From the NCBI GenBank assembly GCA_021158225.1, contig JAGGUZ010000005.1, forward strand, positions 18,882 to 82,881: 64,000 bases of DNA, in the 5' to 3' direction. The translations under genes and the position numbers were made by a program. Below, piece by piece: positions 8,978-18,229 of the stretch (positions are counted from its first letter, which is position 1; every line of letters begins with the position of its first letter). The notes below the pieces were generated by a model. It was given only the letters and a program-made list of their open reading frames with translations, made no database searches and had not been told where the DNA came from. Source of the DNA: a bacterium. Lineage in GTDB: Bacteria > Patescibacteriota > Gracilibacteria > UBA1369 > PNNO01.

Positions 8978-10407
8978 TGACAGAATTTGAAACCGTTATC
9001 GGTATAGAAATCCATGCCCAAATAGCTACAAAAACAAAGATGTTTTGTAGATGTGACAATGATTCTTTTGATAAAGAGCCAAACAGTAATGTTTGTGAGA
9101 TTTGCATGGGCTTTCCAGGGCAACTCCCGGTAGTTAACGATGAAGCTGTACAAAAAGGTATAAAAGCTTCCCTTGCGCTTAACTGCAATATTCCTGAATA
9201 TAGCAAATTTGATAGGAAAAATTATTTTTATCCGGATTTACCAAAAGGATTTCAAATTTCGCAATTCGATAAACCCTTGGCGGAGAAAGGATGGATTGAA
9301 ATTGATGTGGATGGGAAAATTAAAAGAATAAATATAACTCGTCTTCATTTGGAAGATGATGCTGGGAAATTAACACATGTTCCAGGCGGTACATTAATTG
9401 ATTACAATAGAGCTGGGACACCTTTAATGGAAATAGTTTCTGAGCCTGATATGCGAAGTTCTCAGGAAGCAATGGCTTACGCAAAAGAAATTCAAAATAT
9501 TCTGCGTTTTTGCGGATCTTCTGATGCCGATATGGAAAAAGGAATGATGCGCTTTGATGCCAGTGTCTCTATAAGGACGAAAGGGGAGAGTAAGCTCTAC
9601 AATAGAGCTGAAATTAAAAATTTGAATTCGTTTAGAAGTTTGGGGGCCGCTATTGAATATGAATCTGAAAGGCAAATGAATCTTTGGCAGGATGGGAATC
9701 CTCTTACTAAAGATATTACCGTCGGATGGGCTGATGATACTCAGAAAACATATTTCTTACGTGATAAAGAAGGGTTTGATGATTACAGGTTTTTTCCTGA
9801 GCCGGATATTCCACCATTACTTGTTAACAAAGAAGATCTCGAGGTAATTGCGGCATCTGTCCCGGAAATGCCTGCGCAAAAAAGAAAAAGATACAAAAAA
9901 GATTTTCAATTACTTCCGGATGATATAAGAATTTTAACTTCCGATTTATATACAGCTCAATATTTTGAAAAAATCGTTTCCATGATAGAAGATCCGAAAA
10001 AAGCTGTTTCTTTTATGAATACCATCTTACTTAAACGACTGAAAGAAGAGCAAATTAGTTTAAAAGAAAGCCCGATTAGCGCCGAAGATCTTGGCAGATT
10101 AATTCAGCTTGTTGAAAGCGGAGATATATCGAATAATCAAGCTAAAGGTGAAGTTTTTGATGTGATGTACGAAGAAAGGAAGAATGCTGATGATATTGTG
10201 AGAGATAGAGGACTGCAGGTTGTGAGTAATAAAGATGTAATAGAGGATATTTGCAAAAAAGTTATAGAAGGTAATCCCGGACCGGTTGAAGATTTTAGAT
10301 CTGGTAAAGGCAAGGCATTCGGGTTTCTTGTCGGGCAAGTGATGAAAGAGAGCAAGGGGCAGGCAAATCCAAAGATTGTGAATGAAATATTAAAAAGAAT
10401 TATTTAA
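8977..10407 (+). CDS. gatB: Asp-tRNA(Asn)/Glu-tRNA(Gln) amidotransferase subunit B
   Basis: 476 aa. VIGIEIHAQI, CEICMGFPGQLPV, FDRKNYFYPDLPKGFQISQ and the C-terminal GatB/YqeY domain are present. Confidence 0.95.
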   Translation: MTEFETVIGIEIHAQIATKTKMFCRCDNDSFDKEPNSNVCEICMGFPGQLPVVNDEAVQKGIKASLALNCNIPEYSKFDRKNYFYPDLPKGFQISQFDKPLAEKGWIEIDVDGKIKRINITRLHLEDDAGKLTHVPGGTLIDYNRAGTPLMEIVSEPDMRSSQEAMAYAKEIQNILRFCGSSDADMEKGMMRFDASVSIRTKGESKLYNRAEIKNLNSFRSLGAAIEYESERQMNLWQDGNPLTKDITVGWADDTQKTYFLRDKEGFDDYRFFPEPDIPPLLVNKEDLEVIAASVPEMPAQKRKRYKKDFQLLPDDIRILTSDLYTAQYFEKIVSMIEDPKKAVSFMNTILLKRLKEEQISLKESPISAEDLGRLIQLVESGDISNNQAKGEVFDVMYEERKNADDIVRDRGLQVVSNKDVIEDICKKVIEGNPGPVEDFRSGKGKAFGFLVGQVMKESKGQANPKIVNEILKRII

Positions 10408-10465
10408 CATTGCCGAGTTAGGGATATTGATTTAAAATATATTAAGCATTCTTACCATCAAAATT

Positions 10466-10774
10466 ATGATTAATACGTCTCTTGATATTCTCTACATAGT
10501 CCTTGCGGCGGTTATTTTGCTTGTCGGGATTTTACTTGCAATTGCGATTATATATTTAATTTTTATATTAAGAGATGCTAGTAAAGCTACATATTTCGTA
10601 AAAGATACAGCTCAGAAGTTAAATGATTTTGTGTATAAGCCACTTTTAGTTGCACAATCTATAATGGATAAGATCAGTCCGATTTTGGAATCGATGAGAG
10701 AAAAGGGTGGAGATGCTGTTGAAAATGTTACCAAAAATAAAGTTAAGAAGAGGGAGCGTCCAAAGAAGAAATAA
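10466..10774 (+). CDS. small single-pass membrane protein (DUF948-like)
   Basis: 102 aa with an N-terminal TM helix, a helical region and a basic tail. The family assignment is tentative. Confidence 0.45.
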   Translation: MINTSLDILYIVLAAVILLVGILLAIAIIYLIFILRDASKATYFVKDTAQKLNDFVYKPLLVAQSIMDKISPILESMREKGGDAVENVTKNKVKKRERPKKK

Positions 10775-11564
10775 TTCTTATTGGAAATTTGATTGTCGCA
10801 TTATAAATACGTCTCCATCTTGATGGTTCTTGAATTAATCTATAAAGCCACTCGAGTCCGATTTTTTGCATCCATTTTGGAGAACGAACTTTTGTTCCTG
10901 ATATAAAATCGAGCGTCCCGCCTATTCCAATTGCAATCTTTACTGTTTTTAGTCTGTTAATCACTTTCGAAATCCATAATTCTTGAGCTGGAGCTCCATA
11001 TGCCACAAAAAGAATGTCCGCTTCAGATTTATCTATCATATTAATAATTTCATCCATTTCTTTATCATCGGGTGATCCCGAATGGGTTCCGTTAATGGCA
11101 AGCCCGGGATATTTTTTTTCCAAAATATCAGCTGCTTTTTTAGCAACTCCGGGTGCCGCTCCAAGGAAAAAACAGTTTATACTTTCTTTTGCTATTTTCT
11201 TGCATATTGTCTGCATTAAATCGGCGCCTGTAACTCTTTCTTGTAGTACTTTCTTAAAATAAGCTGGGTAAAGTATTACCAGTGGCAATGTTAAAAAAGC
11301 TTTAATTTTACCGCTTTTATTATAAATGTGTGTAGCCGCCCAAAGTATTCCAATTCCATCGGGTACATTTAGTAGCGAGTGTTTTAATACATTTTTAAAT
11401 GTTGAGTTTCTCTGTGATTCAAGTAGCATTTCCGGATTAGGTGTACATATATATCCCTTTTTTCCGTTTTTAACGCTATCTACAACAAATGACGAAGCTT
11501 TTTCAAGAGTTGTATTTTTAAACGGGATTCCCAGTACCGTTATTTCTTTTGGCATATCAAGCAA
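10743..11564 (-). CDS. WecB/TagA/CpsF-family glycosyltransferase (cell-wall polymer linkage-unit type)
   Basis: Motifs VPDGIGILWA, FLGAAPGVA and LEWLYRLIQEPSRWRRI are typical of the TagA/WecG family. The track start at 11564 is TTG; an ATG at 11555 is the more likely start. Confidence 0.8.
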   Translation of the reverse strand: MLDMPKEITVLGIPFKNTTLEKASSFVVDSVKNGKKGYICTPNPEMLLESQRNSTFKNVLKHSLLNVPDGIGILWAATHIYNKSGKIKAFLTLPLVILYPAYFKKVLQERVTGADLMQTICKKIAKESINCFFLGAAPGVAKKAADILEKKYPGLAINGTHSGSPDDKEMDEIINMIDKSEADILFVAYGAPAQELWISKVINRLKTVKIAIGIGGTLDFISGTKVRSPKWMQKIGLEWLYRLIQEPSRWRRIYNATIKFPIRIISSLDAPSS

Positions 11565-12223
11565 ATATTATGATTGTTCTTAGTATAGAACATTTTGACT
11601 ATATTAAAACCATTCTTCTTGAATAATTTTCTAAGTTCATTTGGTGTAAAAGCATGATAGTACCTCTTAATATTCGTCTTTCCCCATGGAATAAATGTGT
11701 CGTTCCAATCGTATTCTCCAAAATGAACAATAAAGTTGAACAATGATTTGATTATGTGTCTTCTATAGCGTTTTTGAAAGAGATTCCACACGGTGAATAT
11801 TGCATATCCGTTTTTTTTAAGAACTCTATTCGTTTCCTGAATACTTTTATTACGCAAGTCGGAGGAGGGGATATGATGTAAGCTAGCTATAGAAAACAAT
11901 ATATCTGCTTCATCATGAAATGGAATTTGCAGTAAATTTCCGACTACAAAATTAGTACTTGGATAATTTTTTTGTGCATAGGTAATCAGTGTTTCATTAT
12001 TATCGATGCCGGTATATGAAATATTTTTTATATCTTTCAAGAATGTATAAAGTCTTCCGTTCCCGCATCCAAGGTCTAAAATTCTATCTCCTTCTTTTAT
12101 ATATTTTTTAAACGAACTGAACTCATGCCAAGGATGATTTCTTGTCTTGGAGAAACTGTCGGCAATTTCTAAATAATCGTCGTGAACTTTTTTTAATAAT
12201 TTTTTTGCAGTGTCTTGTTTCAT
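11540..12223 (-). CDS. class I SAM-dependent methyltransferase
   Basis: 227 aa with motif I ILDLGCGNGRL and a Methyltransf_11-like layout. Confidence 0.8.
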   Translation of the reverse strand: MKQDTAKKLLKKVHDDYLEIADSFSKTRNHPWHEFSSFKKYIKEGDRILDLGCGNGRLYTFLKDIKNISYTGIDNNETLITYAQKNYPSTNFVVGNLLQIPFHDEADILFSIASLHHIPSSDLRNKSIQETNRVLKKNGYAIFTVWNLFQKRYRRHIIKSLFNFIVHFGEYDWNDTFIPWGKTNIKRYYHAFTPNELRKLFKKNGFNIVKMFYTKNNHNICLICQKK

Positions 12224-12293
12224 GCTTTACAATCAGAGGCGAACATTAGTGAGACTCATTATTCCGCACAAATTTACCTTACTAAAAAGATTT

Positions 12294-13883
12294 ATGAATC
12301 GCAAGCAGGCAGATATTCTGGAAAGTTTAATCAAAGATGGTATTAACTTTAAAGTGTCTTCTCAAAAAGAATTACAGTCGTTAAAAAACACTTATAGCCT
12401 TAAATATAAGGTGAGTTCTCCCACCAATGTTTCTCTGATAAAAACATATAGAGACTTGGTTAAAAATGGAGAAATAAAAGAAAATCAGTTTTTTTTCGAA
12501 CTTCTTAAAAAAAGGAAAATAAGATCAAGGTCTGGTATTGCCAATGTTACAGTGCTAACAAAGGCGTATGCGTGTCCTGGAAATTGTATTTTTTGTCCAT
12601 CGGAACCAGATATGCCCAAGAGTTATCTCTCAAATGAACCCGCAATGATGCGCGCCATACTTAACGATTTTAGTGGTTTTCGACAAGTTAAAAATAGATT
12701 AAAAGGACTTGAACGAACGGGTCATCCAACGGAAAAAATCGAAATTATTGTTGCCGGGGGAACTTTTTCTTATTATCCAAAAGCATATCAGACTTCATTT
12801 ATTAGAAGTGTTTTTAATGCTCTTAATGAAAAGAAATTTAGGTCTTTAAAAGATGCCCAGAAGTATAATGAGACGGCCAAGCATAGATGTGTGGGGTTAT
12901 CATTGGAAACTCGCCCTGACTGGATAAATATTGAGGAAATAAAGCGTATGAGGATTCTTGGGGCGACAAAAGTCGAGATAGGTATTCAAACGCTTGATGA
13001 CGAAATATTAATCGCAAACAGACGTGGACATAAAGTGGATGCGGTACGCAAGGCTATGAAAATGCTAAAAGATGCTGGATTTAAAATAAATGCTCATATG
13101 ATGCCGAACTTGTATAAAAGTACTATAGAAAAAGACAAAGAAGTTTTTCAAGAGCTGTTTGAGGATGAGGATTTTAAGCCGGATTGGTTAAAGATTTATC
13201 CATGTGTTGTAACTCCGTATTCGCAACTTGAAAAATTATTTAAAGAAGGGAAGCATAAGCCTTATACGGACAGCGAATTGATTGATCTTATTATTGATCT
13301 TAAAAAAATGGTCCCTTACTATACTCGTATTGCTCGTTTATATAGAGATATTCCCGCTGAAAGTATTTTAGGCGGATCAAAATTATCCAATTTAAGGCAA
13401 ATTGTTCAGGAGGAAATGAAAAAAAGAGGGGAGAGTTGTCAATGTATCAGATGTAGGGAAATTAAAGATAATATACCAAAAAAAGAAAATATAAAGCTGG
13501 TTGTTCGTGAATATGATTCGTCGGGAGGAAAAGAATTTTTTCTGAGTTTTGAAGATATAAAAGAAAATAAGTTAATTTCTTTTTTACGATTAAGATTTCC
13601 GTCACAATTGTTTGCCGGTGAAAAACATTTCATAAAAGAGTTGCAAGATAGCGCTATAATAAGAGAATTACATACATACGGAACGCACCTTGCCATATCG
13701 GAAAAGAAAAGGGGAGCGTCTCAGCATAAAGGGTATGGGAAGAGACTTCTTGAAAAGGCTGAGGAGATTACCAAAAAATATAAAATCAAAAATTTGGCTG
13801 TAATAAGCGGAATAGGAGTCCGAGAATATTATAGGAAACGAGGTTTTAGATTAAAAGGGACCTATATGAGTAAGCAAGTTTAA
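12294..13883 (+). CDS. Elp3-like radical SAM / GNAT enzyme (tRNA U34 modification family)
   Basis: Radical-SAM Cys cluster YACPGNCIFCPSEPDMPKSYLSNEPAMMRA, an Elp3 central region, and a C-terminal GNAT (ELHTYG...HKGYGKRLLEKAEEI). The track start at 12210 overlaps a divergent gene. The ATG at 12294 (MNRKQADILE) is the likely start. Confidence 0.85.
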   Translation: MNRKQADILESLIKDGINFKVSSQKELQSLKNTYSLKYKVSSPTNVSLIKTYRDLVKNGEIKENQFFFELLKKRKIRSRSGIANVTVLTKAYACPGNCIFCPSEPDMPKSYLSNEPAMMRAILNDFSGFRQVKNRLKGLERTGHPTEKIEIIVAGGTFSYYPKAYQTSFIRSVFNALNEKKFRSLKDAQKYNETAKHRCVGLSLETRPDWINIEEIKRMRILGATKVEIGIQTLDDEILIANRRGHKVDAVRKAMKMLKDAGFKINAHMMPNLYKSTIEKDKEVFQELFEDEDFKPDWLKIYPCVVTPYSQLEKLFKEGKHKPYTDSELIDLIIDLKKMVPYYTRIARLYRDIPAESILGGSKLSNLRQIVQEEMKKRGESCQCIRCREIKDNIPKKENIKLVVREYDSSGGKEFFLSFEDIKENKLISFLRLRFPSQLFAGEKHFIKELQDSAIIRELHTYGTHLAISEKKRGASQHKGYGKRLLEKAEEITKKYKIKNLAVISGIGVREYYRKRGFRLKGTYMSKQV

Positions 13884-14012
13884 GACATAATTTCTTGAAC
13901 ATCTGCGGACACATCTACTTGGGTTCTTTCCGGGTTCTTACCTTCGTTTGTATATAATCCGAGTAGTGTTTCGAGATACTGCGTGAATAGGTGACAAGTC
14001 AACCCATATAAT

Positions 14013-14036
14013 TTTGCACAATATATCTTGTGCAAA
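14013..14036. repeat. perfect inverted repeat (8-bp arms, 8-nt spacer) inside a 400-bp non-coding gap
   Basis: TTTGCACA at 14013-14020 and TGTGCAAA at 14029-14036, read directly. Function unknown. The confidence value refers to presence only. Confidence 0.85.
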
Positions 14037-14284
14037 CAAATAGCTAAATTTTGGATTGTATAGTTGTTCTAATATAGAAATATACATCAGTTAGATATGT
14101 TTCTCTATTTTCAATAATCCGTTTATGGCTTGTACAAACTCATAATTCAGAACTTTCGATTTAAGGCGCTTTAATAAAAAAGATGATATCGTAGTACCTT
14201 TTTTATTAAAATCAGAACGATTATTTGCTTCTTCTATTCGTTTTTCTTTGTTATAGTATGTTTCCTGTCTAATTCTAAATTTTA

Positions 14285-14857
14285 ATGAAAAAAATTTTAC
14301 TTATTGATAATTATGATTCATTTACATATAACTTGTATCAACAAATTAAAAAACAGAAAAATTTTTTTGTAGATGTTATACGTCATGATATTGAAAATTT
14401 TACAAAACTTGACATTGCACGAAATTATGATGGTATTGTAATTTCGCCGGGACCCGGATGTCCGGATGATACTGGTATTACCAATTTTATTATAGAAAAA
14501 TATTATACTAAAATGCCGATTTTTGGTGTTTGCTTGGGGATGCAGTGTATTAACGAAGTCTTTGGGGGAGTTACAATTACCGCTCCCCTTCCCATTCATG
14601 GGAAAAAGTCTCCTATTCTACATATTGGAAAAGGACTCTTTGAAAATGTACCTCAAAATATTGAAGTTGCACGCTATCATTCGCTTATTATAGATCAAAT
14701 CCCTGACTCTCTAAATGTGGTCGCTCAGACAGAAGAAGGGCTTCCGATGGCAATTGAGCATAAGGAGTATCCTGTTTTTGGAGTTCAATTTCATCCGGAA
14801 TCTTTTATGACTCAAAACGGTGATACGATTATTAGGAATTTTATAGAAATTTTATGA
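14285..14857 (+). CDS. pabA: glutamine amidotransferase component II of aminodeoxychorismate/anthranilate synthase
   Basis: 190 aa. ILLIDNYDSFTYNL, GVCLGMQ (catalytic Cys) and FGVQFHPES match the TrpG/PabA pattern. Confidence 0.8.
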   Translation: MKKILLIDNYDSFTYNLYQQIKKQKNFFVDVIRHDIENFTKLDIARNYDGIVISPGPGCPDDTGITNFIIEKYYTKMPIFGVCLGMQCINEVFGGVTITAPLPIHGKKSPILHIGKGLFENVPQNIEVARYHSLIIDQIPDSLNVVAQTEEGLPMAIEHKEYPVFGVQFHPESFMTQNGDTIIRNFIEIL

Positions 14858-16143
14858 AATTAAAATTAACCGAAGTTAAATTAAGTAAAACACCCGAGCA
14901 ATTCTATGCACCATTTGCAAAAGAGCCGTATAGTGCACTTTTAACTGGAAATGGCATGAAAGACAACAGTAGATACTCATTTGTCGGTCTAAATCCTTTT
15001 TATATTCATATAAGCCAAGAAGATCCATTTAATGATCTTAATGAGCTTTTAGAAAAATATTCCGTAAAAAATTACGAGTATCCTTTGAATTTATGGAGTT
15101 GTATTGGATTTGTGTCTTATGATAGCTCACATATAATAGAAAATCTTCCAAAAACAACTAAAGATTCGTATTGTATTCCAAAAGCGATGATTGTTTTTTA
15201 TAAAGATTTTATTGTTTTTGATCATCATAAGAACAAACAGTTTCTAATTCAGGCTTTGATTAACAATGATTATACAGATCTGTCGAATATTTTTGATATT
15301 AAAAGTAAACCATATCAATTTTTTACAACCAATAAAATAAGCTGTAGTAGCAAAGAAGATTATTGCGAAAGAGTGGAAAGAATAATCGACTATATTAAAG
15401 GAGGAGATGTTTATGAAGTTAATCTTTCCCACCAATGTTCAACAACTTTTAAAGGTGATCCTTATGCCATTTTCCAGAAGTTATATGCTTTAAACCCTGC
15501 TCCGTTTTCAGCATATTTATCATTTGGAGATTATGCTATTATTTCAAATTCTCCCGAACGATTTCTGTATGCCAACGGAAGGGACATAGAAACTCGACCT
15601 ATTAAAGGGACTATCTCTCGCGGTACAAACGAAGAAGAGGATTCTAAAAATAAAACTAATCTTTTGACTTCTGAAAAAGATTCGGCCGAACTTGCAATGA
15701 TAGTTGACTTGCTTCGAAATGATCTTGGAAAGGTAAGTGAAATTGGAAGTATTATTGTGAAAGATCACAAGAGACTCGAATCTTTTAAAAATGTTTGGCA
15801 TTTAATCTCGATTATAAAAAGTCGGCTTAAAAAAGATATAAAATATGGTGATTTGTTAAGAGCAACTTTTCCCGGAGGGTCAATTACCGGATGCCCAAAA
15901 ATAAGGAGTATGAAGATTATTGATGAACTTGAAAAATATACCAGACATTTGTACACAGGATCTATTTTTGTTGCAAACAATACTCGTTTTGATTCAAATA
16001 TAGTTATTAGAACGGTAGTAGCTCACAAAAACAATTTATATTTTAATGTTGGAGGCGCGGTTGTTTACGATTCAATTCCAAAAAAAGAGTATGAAGAAAC
16101 TTTAATTAAGGCTAAAAGTATAATAAAAATTCTTAATCCTTAA
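14854..16143 (+). CDS. pabB: aminodeoxychorismate synthase component I (chorismate-binding enzyme)
   Basis: 429 aa with SPERFL, RPIKGT, DLLRND and ATFPGGSITGCPK motifs. It shares an ATGA overlap with pabA. No trpD/C/B/A genes are nearby, so PabB is favoured over TrpE (inference). Confidence 0.75.
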   Translation: MKLKLTEVKLSKTPEQFYAPFAKEPYSALLTGNGMKDNSRYSFVGLNPFYIHISQEDPFNDLNELLEKYSVKNYEYPLNLWSCIGFVSYDSSHIIENLPKTTKDSYCIPKAMIVFYKDFIVFDHHKNKQFLIQALINNDYTDLSNIFDIKSKPYQFFTTNKISCSSKEDYCERVERIIDYIKGGDVYEVNLSHQCSTTFKGDPYAIFQKLYALNPAPFSAYLSFGDYAIISNSPERFLYANGRDIETRPIKGTISRGTNEEEDSKNKTNLLTSEKDSAELAMIVDLLRNDLGKVSEIGSIIVKDHKRLESFKNVWHLISIIKSRLKKDIKYGDLLRATFPGGSITGCPKIRSMKIIDELEKYTRHLYTGSIFVANNTRFDSNIVIRTVVAHKNNLYFNVGGAVVYDSIPKKEYEETLIKAKSIIKILNP

Positions 16144-18172
16144 CATAAACATCTTCAAGCCTGTTTATTTTCTCTTTTAATCGTGGATAGTTTTTGAGCT
16201 CCGGATCTTTTTCGATTATTGCTTGTGCTTCTAGTCGAGCTTTTTCAATATTTACGGAATCCGTTAAGGAAGCAAGTTTTAAATCCGGTATTCCGCTTTG
16301 TTTGACTCCGTAAATTTCTCCTGGACCTCTTAAAGCTAAATCAATTTCCGCTAATTTAAATCCGGATGAATATTTAACCATAGAAGAAAGTCTTTGACCG
16401 GATTCTTGTGATTTGTTTTCTGTAAACAAGAAACAATACGATTGGTGCTCTCCCCTTCCAACTCGTCCTCTAAACTGATGAAGTTGAGAAAGCCCAAACC
16501 TCTCTGCTCCTTCAATAAGCATAATTGTGGCGTTCGGGACATCTATCCCCACTTCCACAACCGATGTTGAAACCAGAATGTTAATTTTATTTTTCGCGAA
16601 ATCTTCCATTATTTCGTTTTTCTCCGCAGATTTAAGTTTTCCATGAAGTAGTCCTATTTCATGTTGAGGGAAAATGTGTTCTTTAAGATGTGCATATTCT
16701 TGAGTAACAGATTTAACTCCAAGAATGTCCGACTCGTCAATTAAAGGGCAAATTACAAACACTTGTCTTCCCTTGTTTACTTGGTCTTCAATCCATCTGT
16801 ATGCGTCGATTCGTTTGTTCTCCGGGATTAAGCGGGTTATTATTTCTTGCCTTCCTTTTGGCATTTCATCGATAATCGAGAGATCCTGATCTCCGTATAA
16901 AGTTATGGCAAGCGTTCTTGGAATTGGAGTGGCCGATAAACTTAACAAATGGGGGCTTCCAAAACTTTTAAGTACGCTTCTTTGTTTAACTCCAAATCTA
17001 TGCTGTTCGTCCACAACGGCAAGTCCCAATTTTTTAAACCCGATTTTATCTTGGATTAACGCATGTGTGCCGATAACAATATCTACCGTCCCTCTTTTCA
17101 TTTGAGAAATTAATTCCAGCTTTTGCTTTCCAGTACTGCTTCCGGAAATAAACTGAATATTTAATCCGTATGGGAGAAGAAATTTATATATACTTTGATA
17201 ATGTTGTTTTGCAAGTATTTCTGTCGGAGCCATTATGGCGCATTGGAAACCGGCTTTTACGGCATTTAGAATAGCTGCAATAGCAACGATTGTTTTCCCG
17301 GATCCAACATCTCCTTGTACAAGTCTACTCATTGGATATGGCTTTTCCATATCTTGCAAGATTTCATATAAAGTTTTTTTCTGCGCTCTCGTTAGCTCAA
17401 AAGGAAGATTTTTAATAAAATCTTTTATTAATTCTATATTCTGCGGAATTGAGACTTTATCTTGACTTGCAACTTGTTGCCATTGCCATTTCTTTTGAAG
17501 TGCGCGAAGTTGCAGGACAAAGAGCTCATCAAAGCCAAGTCTTTCGCGAGCTTTGTTCAACATCGCTTTGTTTTCAGGGAAGTGTATATTCTTAATTGCC
17601 TCGTTTAGGTGTAAGAAACCTTGTTTATCAATAATTTCCTCCGGCATATAATCCTTAAAGTACTTTGTCCAGTCATCTATTAAAGGCTTTATTTTTTCCC
17701 GCAACCATTTTGAACTAATTCCTTCTGTCTCATGATAAACAGGAACAATTCTTTCACTGTGAATTTGTTCTTCTTTTCGCAATTCAAATGTTGGACTTTG
17801 TAAAGTTGTTTGCCCGAATGCGAATTTCGCTTTTCCCGTCATAACAACTTCGCTTCCGTTAAAAAGCATCCTTTTTATATGAGGTTGATGAAACCAAACT
17901 ACTCCAATAGTCCCGGTGTCATCTGTTAATTTTGCCATAGTCATGAGTTTTCCGGTTTTCGTTTTTCGATTAAAAATGTGTGTAATAATTCCCCTAATGG
18001 TATTAACTTCATTAAGCTTAATATTCCCGATAGATGTCACCTCGCTACGATCGTTATAAGTACGCGGGAAATTAATGAGTAAATCCCCTGCCGTAACAAT
18101 CCCCATATTTTTTAATTTATTTAGATGTCTCGATGTAGTCCTAAGAACATCCTCAAGTTGTGTGTCTAGCAT
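16133..18172 (-). CDS. recG: ATP-dependent DNA helicase RecG
   Basis: 679 aa with an N-terminal wedge/OB region, Walker A GDVGSGKT, DEQHRFG and QLHQFRGRVGRG. Confidence 0.95.
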   Translation of the reverse strand: MLDTQLEDVLRTTSRHLNKLKNMGIVTAGDLLINFPRTYNDRSEVTSIGNIKLNEVNTIRGIITHIFNRKTKTGKLMTMAKLTDDTGTIGVVWFHQPHIKRMLFNGSEVVMTGKAKFAFGQTTLQSPTFELRKEEQIHSERIVPVYHETEGISSKWLREKIKPLIDDWTKYFKDYMPEEIIDKQGFLHLNEAIKNIHFPENKAMLNKARERLGFDELFVLQLRALQKKWQWQQVASQDKVSIPQNIELIKDFIKNLPFELTRAQKKTLYEILQDMEKPYPMSRLVQGDVGSGKTIVAIAAILNAVKAGFQCAIMAPTEILAKQHYQSIYKFLLPYGLNIQFISGSSTGKQKLELISQMKRGTVDIVIGTHALIQDKIGFKKLGLAVVDEQHRFGVKQRSVLKSFGSPHLLSLSATPIPRTLAITLYGDQDLSIIDEMPKGRQEIITRLIPENKRIDAYRWIEDQVNKGRQVFVICPLIDESDILGVKSVTQEYAHLKEHIFPQHEIGLLHGKLKSAEKNEIMEDFAKNKINILVSTSVVEVGIDVPNATIMLIEGAERFGLSQLHQFRGRVGRGEHQSYCFLFTENKSQESGQRLSSMVKYSSGFKLAEIDLALRGPGEIYGVKQSGIPDLKLASLTDSVNIEKARLEAQAIIEKDPELKNYPRLKEKINRLEDVYVKD

Positions 18173-18229
18173 TAAGTAACTCTATTATTGAGAGTTTATA
18201 TTATCATACAAGTAATCCCGAGATGAAAT

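Noticed and set aside
12210-12293. N-terminal extensions proposed by the ORF track (starts at 12210, 19627, 20471, 26054, 35199, 55208).
   Set aside because: They begin at TTG/GTG or upstream ATG codons and add non-homologous residues. They overlap neighbouring genes or a terminator stem. Internal ATGs reproduce canonical N-termini.
13950-14010. THF-riboswitch-like GAGUAG...GCGUGAAUAGG string upstream of pabA.
   Set aside because: Only short motif resemblance. I could not build the pseudoknotted three-way junction, and the element is ~300 nt from the pabA start. It needs a covariance-model scan before any claim.
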